Source: Lingula anatina (taxonomy: Eukaryota; Animalia; Brachiopoda). Taken from it: a stretch of DNA of 64,000 bases. The first letter of the stretch is position 1. Each line of letters begins with the position of its first letter. The stretch covers positions 27,056,503 to 27,120,502 of the forward strand of contig CM120640.1 of NCBI GenBank assembly GCA_051362555.1. The letters run 5' to 3'. The position numbers and the translations under genes were made by a program. Positions 1-13,000 of the stretch are shown here, one piece after another. Below the pieces are notes generated by a model. The model saw nothing but the letters and a program-made list of their open reading frames with translations, did not search any database and was not told the DNA's origin.

Positions 1-1002
1 ACTTGTTCATTATGATTTTATCAAAGTGTGTATCGATAGTCAACTTGGTTTTTATTATGGAAATGAAAATTTATTTGATTCATGGCTTCATAACTTTAAA
101 CTCAAAAAGTTGGTGATTTTAGAGCAAACAAGCCCTGTTATCACATTGTAGAAATTTAGAACAAGTGGTTGTAAAATTACGTCCTAAAATGATTACTAAT
201 AGACGGCGGCTACCACTAGTAGATATTAGGGAAATTGTTTCCTGTTCTTATTTCCTTTTGATGCCAGAGTGTATAGCATTGTCACATGAAATGAAAAATA
301 ACAGAGAGAGCAGGTGTTTAAAATATATACATGTTGGTGATGGAGATAGACATCTCAGGCTTTGAAGTTCACCCCTTTTATGAAAATGGTTATTGTAAAT
401 TGGATTTTGCTGATACTTCTTGCACATTTGTAACAAGGTTGATGTAATGCCAATTTCTTCTACTTGGTGATGATGTATCAAAGCCTTATATAGCTGTTAA
501 CACTGTTGCATATTGCTGTCAATATCTTACACAAAAAATATAACGTAGTGTAGCAGTTTATCAAATAATGTTGCCCTAAATTATACATGTAGTATCAGTA
601 AATAAGGGGGTCAATATAGATAACATGTCTTAGTTGTAAACAAACTCGGGAGATATAAGTTCAATGTTTCTATATAGTTTGGTCACCAGGTAGGTTGTCA
701 TACTGCATTTAAAGGATAAAGAAACCATTGGTCATGTAAGTTGGTGAATTGGATGTACAAGCAAATACCTTGGTTAATTAACAATAATAAAGCTTTAAAA
801 TGGTTAATTGATTAATTTATTTATTAGGTTAACCATATTACATGTCTTTCTTGTGGGTATTGTTTTATGTACTAAAATATTTGTTGAATACAAAACTTAA
901 AATACAGAGCAAGTTATTCATACTTAAAGACAAGCAGGTCTTGAGTGGCTGCCAGCATGACTGTGATCTAGTGTACAGCTAGGAAAGAAACAACTGACCA
1001 GC

Positions 1003-4000
1003 ATGCCTGATGAGGCAGTGACCCCAGTGGTTACTAACCATACTGCTGAGGCCTCCCAAGGGGAACCAACAGACTGGAGTCATGTGCTGGCAGAGTTTAC
1101 TGGGATGGAGGAACTGCAAGCCCCTATAAGGGCTTCTGCAAGGATCAAAGTAAGTTGTCATTTCTTGTTTAAAACAAATATATATCTATTATATAGATAT
1201 TTTATTGGTTTGAATTTCTAAAAAGAAAGAAATTTATAGTCATATATAAAAAAATAGTATCAAGGACATTTGATGTCTTATGATAGTTTTTGATCAGCTT
1301 GATAAAAGGTGAACTTTATAGTTTATATTCATAAATTGTTTCAATTGGTAAAAACCAAAAATGTATTCATGATAATCCAGGGCTGGTCTGTTAGAATAAT
1401 GTCATGTGCTTGCATGTCTTCTTCCAGTACACCAGTTTGTCTGTTTCAAAGCAGTACATTGCCCTGGGATCCACCACTGGTGCTGTATACATCTTCCAGA
1501 AGAGTGCATTGAAATACCTCCAGTTGCTGTCATCAGAAACTGTAAGATATGACACAATTAATGATATGCTTCTTATTTAGCCTACATGTGTTGTATAGCT
1601 GTTGCTTTAATATACCTATACCATGTTATTCACAGTAAGATGATTGCAAATGAGATTAGAAGTACTGCTGTACATTCAAACTAAAATATTTCACTAATTT
1701 TATATTATATTATATATATTATATTATCATCATAGGAAGGCTCCGTGATTAAAGTGGAATTTTCTCCTGATGATGAAATATGTGCCTATGCAACCAGGTA
1801 AATGCAGTAATACACTTTGAAGACTTAAAGGCAGCCATAGTTGCAAATCATGCCAATTTGTTGGCTGTTGTTGATACTCATTAAAAAGTTCAAAGTGCTC
1901 ATTCATAAGTATACATGATCAGTCAGCATTTTATAGGAATGCACATGTGATAAAAGAAAATTTGTTTGTTTTATAGCAAAGGATATGTTGTTGTCATGGA
2001 GCTCAATATTAGTAAAAGGGGCAAACCAGAGCGTCTGAGGCTTTCTGTAGACCACAAGAATGCTACTATAACATCTCTTTGCTGGAATGATCTTGGGACA
2101 AGGCTCTTTATAGGGGATAACACTGGAAAAGTAACAGCAGCTAACATTTCAACTTCCAAGGTAAGAAATACTCAAAAATTTGTATGAAAATGAATTGATG
2201 TGTTCATCCCCACCCCTTTCCCCTTATTGTGACCTCTTAGGGCGTCATATATTATCACTGTTATCATTAATGAGGAGGTGTTGGAATTCAGAAATTTAAT
2301 GAAGAGGCACATAATAATAGACTGGGTGACCAGAAGTGCTTAAATTACTGCAAAATAGGTCTGGCTGAGTATGAACCCAATCACTCTTTTTGATACATAT
2401 CACTGTAGTAGTAATACTCGAAATCCAAGTGCTTTATTCAGTTGTTGAAATAAGATAAACCAGTACTTTACTATTTACATATAATGTCACCATTTATCTC
2501 AGATAACGCTGAATGAGGGACGGATTTAGTATTGTTAAATGATAAGCATATTGTATTTGTTCATATAGTAGGTGGTATATATATTATGAACTGAATTGTT
2601 ATAGTTGTAATCATGTGCATGCAATATGTGTTTGTGCACATATTAAATTGAAGAATTTTTGGTCTTTCCCAATTCAACTACTCAAAATGCCTTTTATTCA
2701 AACTACTTTGAGGTATGCTATGCATGTTTTCAAATGTCTCAAAGTCATTATTATGTCTGAATATCCTGTAAAACTACTTACCTTTTCCTATTCAGATATA
2801 AGTATTAGATGTCTATGTTTCCTTTTGAAATGTCAGGAAGGCTATAGTGGTTTTAATTTAATCATGATTCACTTAGAACCAAGTTATTTGATTAAATGTG
2901 GTACAAATCATTGAGCAAGAATTTGTGAGTAGGAGAATTTTGTTTCTTATTGAAAAACTAGATTTGGTCCTGCATAGGTAACCTTTAAACTCATTCATAG
3001 CAAAGTACATTGGATGCCAAAGTGAATATATGTATATATAGTTGTGGTTCATTGGTTTGACAGTTATGGTGTAACTTTTCTAAAAAATTAGTTAACATTG
3101 AATTACAGTTGAGTGATTGTTTTCCTTGTTATTTTCAGGCTAAAGATCTGATCAAACTCCCCTCAGAGGTCATCTTGAGATTGGACTCAGCTGTGGTCCA
3201 GATGGACTTTTTGGATGGAAAGTTGCTTATTTCTACTCTTACCAAGAGTTATCTCTGTAACACAGTCAAGTAAGACAATTATTTGCAATTTAAATAGCCT
3301 TATTATTGTTTTATACATATTTTAGTATTGAATGACCAATTATAGTAATCTTTGAACTGGACTATCAAAGTCATAAAACAGTATAATTATCTACAGTGCT
3401 CTTGATTTAAGTTGCAGCTTTTGGTTTTAAGCATTATTAAAACATTTATCCCCTATTTTTCAGACAAACTTTCACACAGATAGGTAAAAAAGCAAGGTAG
3501 GTCACATGAATTTTGAAAATTGAAAAATATGTTCCTTGATTGCAATTCCACTGTCAATTGATTTCACAAAACATTTGCTTTAAGGAGCTTTAAGGATATA
3601 TTTTTTAATCATCAGTTATTTTTGCTTTCATCTGCTTTCCAGGGATGGCAGATATGGTTCCTGCTTCTTCCATGGACCAAAAATACCAAATCCTATCATC
3701 TACTGCTCCCGGCCTGGGTCCAGGATGTGGGAGGTAGGTGTATATTTAGGTAGCTCTTTGATATCTATACTTAGGTTTGTAGAAGAAATGATTTTATTAT
3801 TACTATTTTGTGACTTTTATTTATTTTACTGCCACATATCCATTGTTATGATATGAAGCAGTTGCAGCAATGATTCACTGTGACAACTGTAAGTTCTACC
3901 CAACATCTTTGTTTTTCTTAGGTTGATGGTGAGGGCAATGTTCTGAACACACACCAGTTTAAACAACTTCTAGCTATCCCTTCCATGCCAGTTATCTCAT

Positions 4001-7000
4001 ACAGGTTAGTCAGCTGCTTGTTTTCTTATACTAGATATGATGATCTTGGGGTATTAATACTAGTATGGCTGTCCTTTTCATTTTCTTAATGATACTAGTT
4101 TTTGTGAAGTACATTTTTATATTCCATGTAATGATTGGGAAAAGGAATTTTTTGCCACTAGAGAAAAATAACTTTCTTTAAACCAATTATTATTCTTTTT
4201 CCATAGGTGCACAGATGAGATACCAGACATTTCTACTGATCGTCAAGGCACACCTCTGTCCACTAACTTGCCAGTATTATTGTTGTCTGGGTAAGAAATT
4301 TTTTTACTGTAGTTTGCTTTCGTGGATACTGCTGGTAATTTTCCAACCGAGAGTGATTTCCATGAGGTTATTTGAGTATTTTAGATGTGGCCATTGTTCA
4401 CCATTTGAAACTGAGGAAAGAACAATACCTTGGATAATTTTTTGCTTAAATAATTATTACAGAGAACAGTTCCTTCTCTCATGGTCTGAAAAAGGCATTT
4501 ATGTATTTGACCCAGCTAATGTCAAAGTGGTGCTATGGACCAATCAATTCCAAGGTAATATTTGTGTTTTGAGATTGTAACTTGTGTAATTTCATATTTT
4601 GGTGTTAGTGAACAGTAAATTAATATATTTCAATAAATTAAATCAAAATGCGGTTTATTTGGTTTTTCACTTACTCTTTAGAATATTGTTATTGTATTGA
4701 ATTAAACTTCTCTTTTTTGAAAAAAATAATGATTAGTAAACTTTGATTGTTTTCAGATATAGAAGCTTTGCAGTGTCACAATAGTGACATTTACTTTCTA
4801 CATGGTGGTAGTAAAGTGACTAAACTATCTATTATGCCTGTGGAAAAATGTGTCCTGAAACTCTTCGTCAAACAACAATGGAAAAAGTGTGCTCAACTTT
4901 GTGTGAGGTTTGCTAACATTATCATCAGTGCTGGTAGTAGACGTCATGTAACAGAAGCCATGTTGAGTGACTTACGTGACCACCTTCATGCTTTGAACAT
5001 GGGAGAGCTGGCAATGAAAGTAGAAGATATTATTATAAAACTGGAGCCTGATAACCATGACAAAAGTGGCTCATCCTTGAGTAGTCGAAGAAGTAGCGGA
5101 TCTTCTTTGGAGAGCATGAAGTTGGAATCTGGGATCTATGTGGTCAATTCCAAACCCAAGAAAAAAGCTGAGAACGACAGGAAATCTAGCAGAGTAGCTA
5201 CCCCAACAAATAACAGTCCTCCTAGTAAGATACCCTCACCAAATGAAAAAAATGATGATAGCATCTCAGTTGATTTACCCGATGGAGAAGAAAACCAAGC
5301 AGTCAGTCAATATCCAAACGGTTCTCCAGCAAACACAAACTTAGAAACAAGCAAGGATGCTGACTTAACTCCTAGCAAATCTGAATCAGATCTTGCAAAG
5401 TCTTTATCCACAAAGGAGCCCACAATCATTATTAATGAGGGTTCACCAGTTGCTGAATTGACCACTTCTCATGTGCAGAGAAGTTCCTCTGGGTCTAGTT
5501 TGCACAGTGCTCACAGTGCTGATGCTGTGCCACTTAAGAGAAAGCTGTCCTCAGAGAGTCTGGTCAGCTTGGAACAAAAGAGCCACAGTAGTACTAGTAG
5601 CAGGAGGGGGTCTATAACAAGTACATCGAGTGCAGATGTGATACAATCTAGACCAGGTTTGTAGCTGTTTGGCTTTTTGCAGTTTCAATTAATGTTAATA
5701 CCTATTCATACTTTGCTACAGTACAATGTTTATTATGTCCTGATTAAAAAAGTTTGTGTGTTAATTTTTGCCTTTCTTTTATAACTGCTAAGTTGAAAAA
5801 CTTGATTTATTGTTTCATTGATATTGTGCTTGTGAATTTCAGAATCTGTAGAAATTGTAGTGAGATCAAGAAAACCAAACAAGCTGAAAAAGAAGAGGGG
5901 TAGCTCTCCAGCATTACTCACAGCATGTAAATAAATAACTGTTATATTCAACTAGTACCTGTATACCAAAACAAATTTCTTGCAGTAAATTATTATTTAC
6001 ACACTGATGAGAAAGTGTTACAAAAGCTACATTTCTAATTGTTGACATTGTTCACAGAGCTGCCCTTTGCAAAGTCTTGAGCTATCTTGACTGGTTTTTC
6101 AGCACACCCAGAGAAAGTGCAGGAGAGTATAAGTGACATTCAGCCTGGAGAAGCAAACCTGCAGGCAGAGTCTAGCTTGGAAATGAGTTCAGAGTCGGGA
6201 CACTTGGAGTTCTCGGGATCATTTGAAGCATCACAGGAATTTGATCCAGCAGCCACAGTGCCTGCATCCAGCTCACCTAAAACCACACTACTTGCCATGA
6301 AAGAAAGGTCAGTAATGGAAAGGAATGTTGTATGTTGGTGAAAGTTGTCATGGCATAGGGATCTCTTGACGTGGAGAAAACCATTTACAGCAAATATTTT
6401 GCTGATACATGTTTCACCATGACAGTACATTCATTTTATATGTCATTGCAGGTTTTCGTCTAACTTTTCTACGAAGACCAAGTCCATTTTTAAGACTTTC
6501 AAAGATCTGAAGGTCAAGGCAAGGCTCCCTAAAAGAGGCTTCCAAAGTAGTGAAACAGATTTGTTAGACATCAAAGATGTGAGTCTATTGTGAATGGATT
6601 AATTATTTATATGCACAGAGAGGGAATTTCTAAAGTGACTGTGTTTACAGAGCAAGATCATCGAGAAATATTTCATATCTCATGAAATGAAAAAAAAATC
6701 ATGCCTTAAACAAGTAGATAAATTTGTAGTGGAGTGCCCCTGTAACTAAAAGTTTGTTGACCTTTTTCAGCCATCCCTACAGTCTTACACCGAGGAAAGT
6801 GCCTTTGTGAAAGCGGATGTAGAAGACGAAGAAGATGAAGAAATCAAACCAAAGTCTGAATTTCCCATAGTGGACACTTCCATATTGAAAGAAAAAACTA
6901 ATTCAACAAGGTTTGGATTTTACATTTATTTCAGAATGAATTTCCACGTTCTAGAGAAAGGATTTTTATGGACATTTCACTTTTTTCTCAGTCATGTAGT

Positions 7001-10000
7001 GATTTGCATAAGTTATTACAGAAGAGAAAAAAAATTAAGTGTCAAATAGTGCTTCTTACATATAGTTTAGGATGTGTTGGTAGTAAAAAATACCATGTTT
7101 CCATTGTTATCCAGGCAAAAACTCCGCAGTTCTGAAATATTGACCCATCCTCAGGCAACACAGCAGGTGTTGTCACAATGGGTGAGGCACCTGCATTCCA
7201 CCCTGCAGTTATTACACACTGCAATACACAGCCTTAAGAAGCAGAAATTGCTACAACAACAGCAGCAGGAAAACCTGACATCTAAACAAGCTGGAGACAA
7301 TCAGCATGACACATTGGAGCAGTCAGGAGATGATCTCTCCAGCTCCAATGAGAATACTTTGATGGAAACCCCACAGGAATCGGTTGAAAAAGATGAAGGA
7401 CCAGAGATTGAGATTTCTAAAAGTTTACCAACTGACAAACTGTTACCTAAAGAAATTATCCAAAGAACGGAGACATCAAATTCAAGTGATATGCAGGAAA
7501 TTAGTATTTGTAGGAGGTTAAGTGATGGTGGAGATAGGACTTCAAGGAAACCAACAGATGTTCCTGGTTATGGTGTCCATGAAAATAAATCAGTCTTTGA
7601 TAGGAAAATTGAGAATAGTCATGACAATATCACGGTTGAGAAGTCTGATCAGGAAGATGAAATTCTTGTCACAAGTAGCCACCTTGGCCAATCACCAGAC
7701 AATGATGATGATGATGATGAAGGCATTGTACTTACACTTTCAGCAATTGCTAGTGAGGAAATGGGTACTACCACATTAAATGAAAATGCTGAAGTATCAG
7801 ATGGCGATGAAAGTGATCATTATGAAGTACCTTACAAATACAGTCAGGATGGTGCAAAAATGTCTGATGAAGCAAAAAAGGCTGCACAAACACAAGAGAG
7901 TTCATCACTTGGAAGCAGTACGTTGTCAGAATTAAGTTCTGAAAGTGAACACTTGACCATCAACAGTCCTGAAAAATACAGCAACTCAGTAAGTTCTAAA
8001 ATAGGAACTCACTCATTGGATTGTGAAAAGAATGCTGTGTCACATGACAGTGACAGGTCACATGACCTGCCCCCTAGTGGTGCTATTTTGACGGATGAAG
8101 CAATTATGGACACACTGTCACATTTGTTTGACAATCCAATTTATGTCAGGGATCCCTTTAATTTGGAGAAAGATATCCACGAGCAGGTGGCAGAGTTAGC
8201 AATGCTCTGTTTTGAAGCTCGTATTCATGGAGGCATTTCATTGTATACTCAGCCAAACTTGGAAAATGATTGTGATAAAACAGAGTCCATTTCAGACTTT
8301 CTTTTACCAAAGGGTGCTTTTCTTGCTAATGGTGATGTGAAACAGACAGAAAATAACAGTGACTTGTGTCAGATGAATGGTGAGCTGACCAAGGAATATA
8401 ATTCCACGGCATCTACATGTAAAAGTAATTCTGTGGTAAGCCCAAAGCATCACCATTTTGCCATGTCTGAAGGACAGTTGAGTGGTGCTGAAGATGCACA
8501 AGAAGATATTGACATTAAAGAACTGGGGATCTTTCTTAAGTGTTATTTTCATCTGCTAGACTGCGAAAGAATTAAGAGGGCATTGAGACATTGGTGTAGC
8601 TCTAACAGGAAGATGGTGTGGGTTGCATTGGTGGAAGCTTTAAAAGGTAGGAAGTAGCTTATGGTATTATTAACTAAGTGAAATGGAGAGTAGCTCGATG
8701 TGTTTGTTGTATTATGTTACATTTTAAATAATGAATGTGAAATACATGTATTTGTGGTTCAAATGTTGTGTCTGTCACATTGAATCATTTGCAATGGTTT
8801 AAACATTTAAGTCTCTTTGCTTTAACTCTCCTTCATTGTTTTTATGATTAAGTGATCTCTTTCAGAGCTTGGCAAGTTTGATTTGGTGTCAGAATGTTTA
8901 AAGGAAAGGAATGTTAATGGGGCATTAGATCTTCTAAGGAGTGGGGTACTTCATGACAAGAGACCAGTGCTGGCACACATAGTCAGGTAAAGTGGTAGTT
9001 TGCACAGGTCAGAGCTCATGCATAGGCTAATGTTGGTCAGTTTTATCAGATTCCATCTTGTTTCTGTGAACATTTTACTCAATAAAACTGTATATTAGTC
9101 AACTCCTATTACTATTGACAACATGGTAACAAATATTGCATGGTGGAAAGAGTATATGCATTTGAGTTTACTTGAATACTGTGAAAAAGTACAAATGCAC
9201 TGTTATTAAGTTGTATGTTGGTTCAATATACAGTGAACTTATAACTATTCCTGAGATATATGAAGTAATAATTTTTGTTTCTATACATCCAGGCTGTTTC
9301 AGCTCAGCCCAACCAAGACACTAGATTTCTGTGCTGAAAACCAGAAATATGTTTCTCCCATAGATGTCCTCTACATGTGCCAAGATCACAGTAAATATCC
9401 ACAACACTTAATTCACTATGTCAATAGATGCCTGGAGGATCTTCCACCAAGACAAAGGTAAAGAATAGTTCTTATCTATCGAAGTTCAATTAAGTTGAGT
9501 GGTTTTGGTATATTGTTTAGGTAAAAGTGTCAGTTTTTAGCACATTTGTTGCATATGCATTGTTTACTAATTTTGTGCCCAGTTAAGATTTTTTTGTCAT
9601 CTGCATGAACATATTTTTTTACAGAAAAGCAGCCATTAAAAGCATGTGTAAAGACCGTGACTTTTATCTCAGTTGGATACAGTGTCTTCTTGTGACAGAT
9701 GGAGCAAGCAAAGAACACATGCAGTGTTCCTGTGGGATGCCTAGGTACTGCTCACCTATTGTTTCAGAATTTTGTATGAATGAGAAATGTGCAGATGTTT
9801 ATTTTAAATAGTTTTTACTACACTAGTATAATAATTTTGCTTGAATATTTCTAGCCAACAATGTGTCTTTTTAACCTTTTAAGCCCCCTTTACACTGGAC
9901 GGCGTCCCTTCTGCGTCCAGCAGTTCAGCCCCATTTGAGAGTTAAAGAATTATATATAATACTTAACGTGCCGACAACTGGCCGATCATTGAGCATTCAT

Positions 10001-13000
10001 TCTGATACCAAATCAATGCTCGTGCCTCCTTATTAAGACCACAGCGATGCCAAATTTCATGGTCGCAGACAGGACGCCGTCCATTGTAAAGGGGGTATTA
10101 GTTAGAGACCATGAATTTGATCTGGGGGTTAATATAATTATATCATGGCAGTTTTTGCATAGACTTAAAGCTCACTTTTATAAGTTGGATTCTGTGTCCA
10201 TGATATTAAAACATTTCATATAATTTTGGCTCAGGCCAGGAGCTCACTTGTTCAAGTGGACACAGGATACTGTGATCAGTGAAGCACAGAAACATGGAGG
10301 CTGTGACCTGGAGGTACACCAGATCTTCAAGGAGCAGGGGTGTGTAGATAAACCTTGGAAAAAACCTTGGAAAAAAAAACATTATGAACCTCTGTGTTAT
10401 CTAAATAGTCAAATCTGAAGAAATATTTTTTTCTCTCAAATATATATTTTGATTTGTATTACTTTATTTGGATGTTTGTACACACAATTGCACAAAGGGC
10501 TGCCGCCCCCCCCCCCCCCCCCCCCCACATCCACACACACATGCATGCGCATGTGCACACACACACACACATTTTATGTACTAACAATAATATAAATATT
10601 AAATTCTATAGGTACTGGTTAGGTTATTTACAATTATGTGACAAAACTCAGGAGTCCACACGGAGAGAAGCAATAGAAATAGTTCTTCAGCTGGGAGATG
10701 AACAGTTACTTCATCATGGACATAAACTAGGTAAGCTACATGTAGCAATAATTTCTCAGACAAATTTAACGATTGTTTTGAAGTTACTTGTCAGTATAAA
10801 ATCGATATGAATTTCTAATAATGAAATACCATAAGATGAGTAACAGGAATTCTATGTCCCATAGGTATTTTAACAGTAAAAATCACTTTTCACCTTAGAG
10901 ACAAAATGGTATATTTATAAAAGTTAACTGCATATCTTTTTGCCTCTATTGAAGGTTGTTACCCAAGAACTAACCAAGATTGGGAATATGTCTTCCATTT
11001 AAAAGAACTCCAGAACTGTCCATCTGGAAACACATCTGACACAATGAATGTTCATGGCCCCTTATGTGTCAAATGTAAGGACGTCTTATTACTGGATTCC
11101 AATACTTCTGCAACAAATGCTCCAAGACATCTGATTGGTTGGTCACCTACTGTCACATGGGAGAATCTAGCTCGTCTATTGGTTCGCAGTGTTGGGGGTG
11201 CCAAAGCATTGGATCTACTGGGCACTTTCAAAATTCCCGATGGTGCACTTTCTGTGGCTTTTCTACAAAACACATTGTGTACAACTGTGTTACATCAACA
11301 ACAGAGGTATGGTTACAGTATTGAAATAAGGCAACATGGAAGTGATGTCTTGCTCTTATTTTTTTTACCCTAAAGAAAAAGTCTTATAGGATCCTATAGG
11401 ACTTTTTTGTAAGGGTGCTCTTTCTTTGTACGAGAGATTGTGAATGTACTTGTGTCTCTTTGAATCAGTGACTAAACATCATGCATTAATTTGAAAACAC
11501 AGATGTCATGTATTTGAAACTTTAACACATGTTAAAGTTAGCAACAGTTATAAATTTTTGTGTTTGTTTAAAAGTATAATTTAATATCATTTTCTTCTTC
11601 ATCATGCATGTTTTGATGCTTTTTACTTAGTATTGAACTTTGCAAAATAAATACCCTACTACTGTATGTATTTCAGATTCATTAAGAAAGTAATTTAATT
11701 AATTTTTTCAGACTCTTGGTTCACAATATCTTAGAGACAGTAGATACCTATCTTTGGTCACAGAAACCAACACATATGGCACCACAGGTAAGGGGATAGC
11801 CCTGTAGCCTTGATAATATTCATATACAGACACTTTTACTGTTTTCAAACATTTTTCGTTTGGTCGTTTGTTTGTTAAATGACAGTTTACATCTGGTATA
11901 GTCCAATTCTGCATTGAATTTGATGTTTTATCAGGTTTGATGCTTTTGCATACAAATTTAGACATGAACTTCTTTAATAATGGCAATCATTTTGAATGAT
12001 ATAAAAGGATCTTTTCAAGTCAAATGTTTTTTTCCAATTCTAGGTACTGTTTGCCATTGAAGAAGAGAAGATGTGTACAGCATCTAGGAGTCGAGGGGAA
12101 GAGGTTCACCTGAATGAAGCCCTGGTAGGTACACCTGCAATCATGTTTGCACTTACTCTAGGATGAATTTATGAATAAGCTCAGATACAAGAAAATCACG
12201 CAAATGTAGAGAGATAAAGTGTGTGAGATGGATAGAAATAAAGTATATATTTTAAAGGCTTTAATAAGGCTATAATAATAATATAGAGTTGGAAATGAAT
12301 GTACATAAAACTATTTCCTTGGTATTTTAGCAAGCATTTTTGGTCCTTGGAAGACAGGTAAAATTAGATCAAATGTCCTTAACGATCTAATACATCAATA
12401 TTAGATAGTGCAAGATTTTATATGCATGTTATATTTTATTATTGTATTTGCATGTTATATTTTATTATTGTATTTTCTGTGGTAAATGTTGTTCTTCTAG
12501 TAATTAGATTATGAGGCAGTTAATTGCTTCATGTAAAGCTAAGTTTATTAGTAGCATTCTTTTATTTAAATATTGTGAGCAAATTCATTTGTTTGTGTCT
12601 TTAATGGATTCTTTTGTTATTCCACTTTTATATCTAATTCATTCATTCTACTTATAATCTGTGTTCACCTTTCTTCATTCAGACAACTGGTATATTTGCT
12701 TAAGCTTGGATATATTAAAGTCACTAACCAGGCTCAGTACATTCCTAGCATTGTTTATATTATTGCTAAAAGTGGACTCTGTCTTCACCTTTTTAGGTGC
12801 CTTCCATTCAAAGAAATTTTAATTGAGTGTACAGAGACATTTTTATTTCTAATCCAATCTTGCCATACTGCTTTATTTTTAAATAGCAATATTGCTAAAT
12901 CTTCAAGTAAACCATTTTCAACTGTCCAAAGTTATTATTGCTATTATTATTATTATTATCATATTGCTTTTCCCATAATTTTGTGACTGTCAATGGACAT

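Noticed and set aside
1003-4554. TECPR2 as an alternative identity for the propeller gene
   Set aside because: N-terminal SHVLAEF and C-terminal DTYLWSQ match HPS5, and no TECPR repeats are seen.
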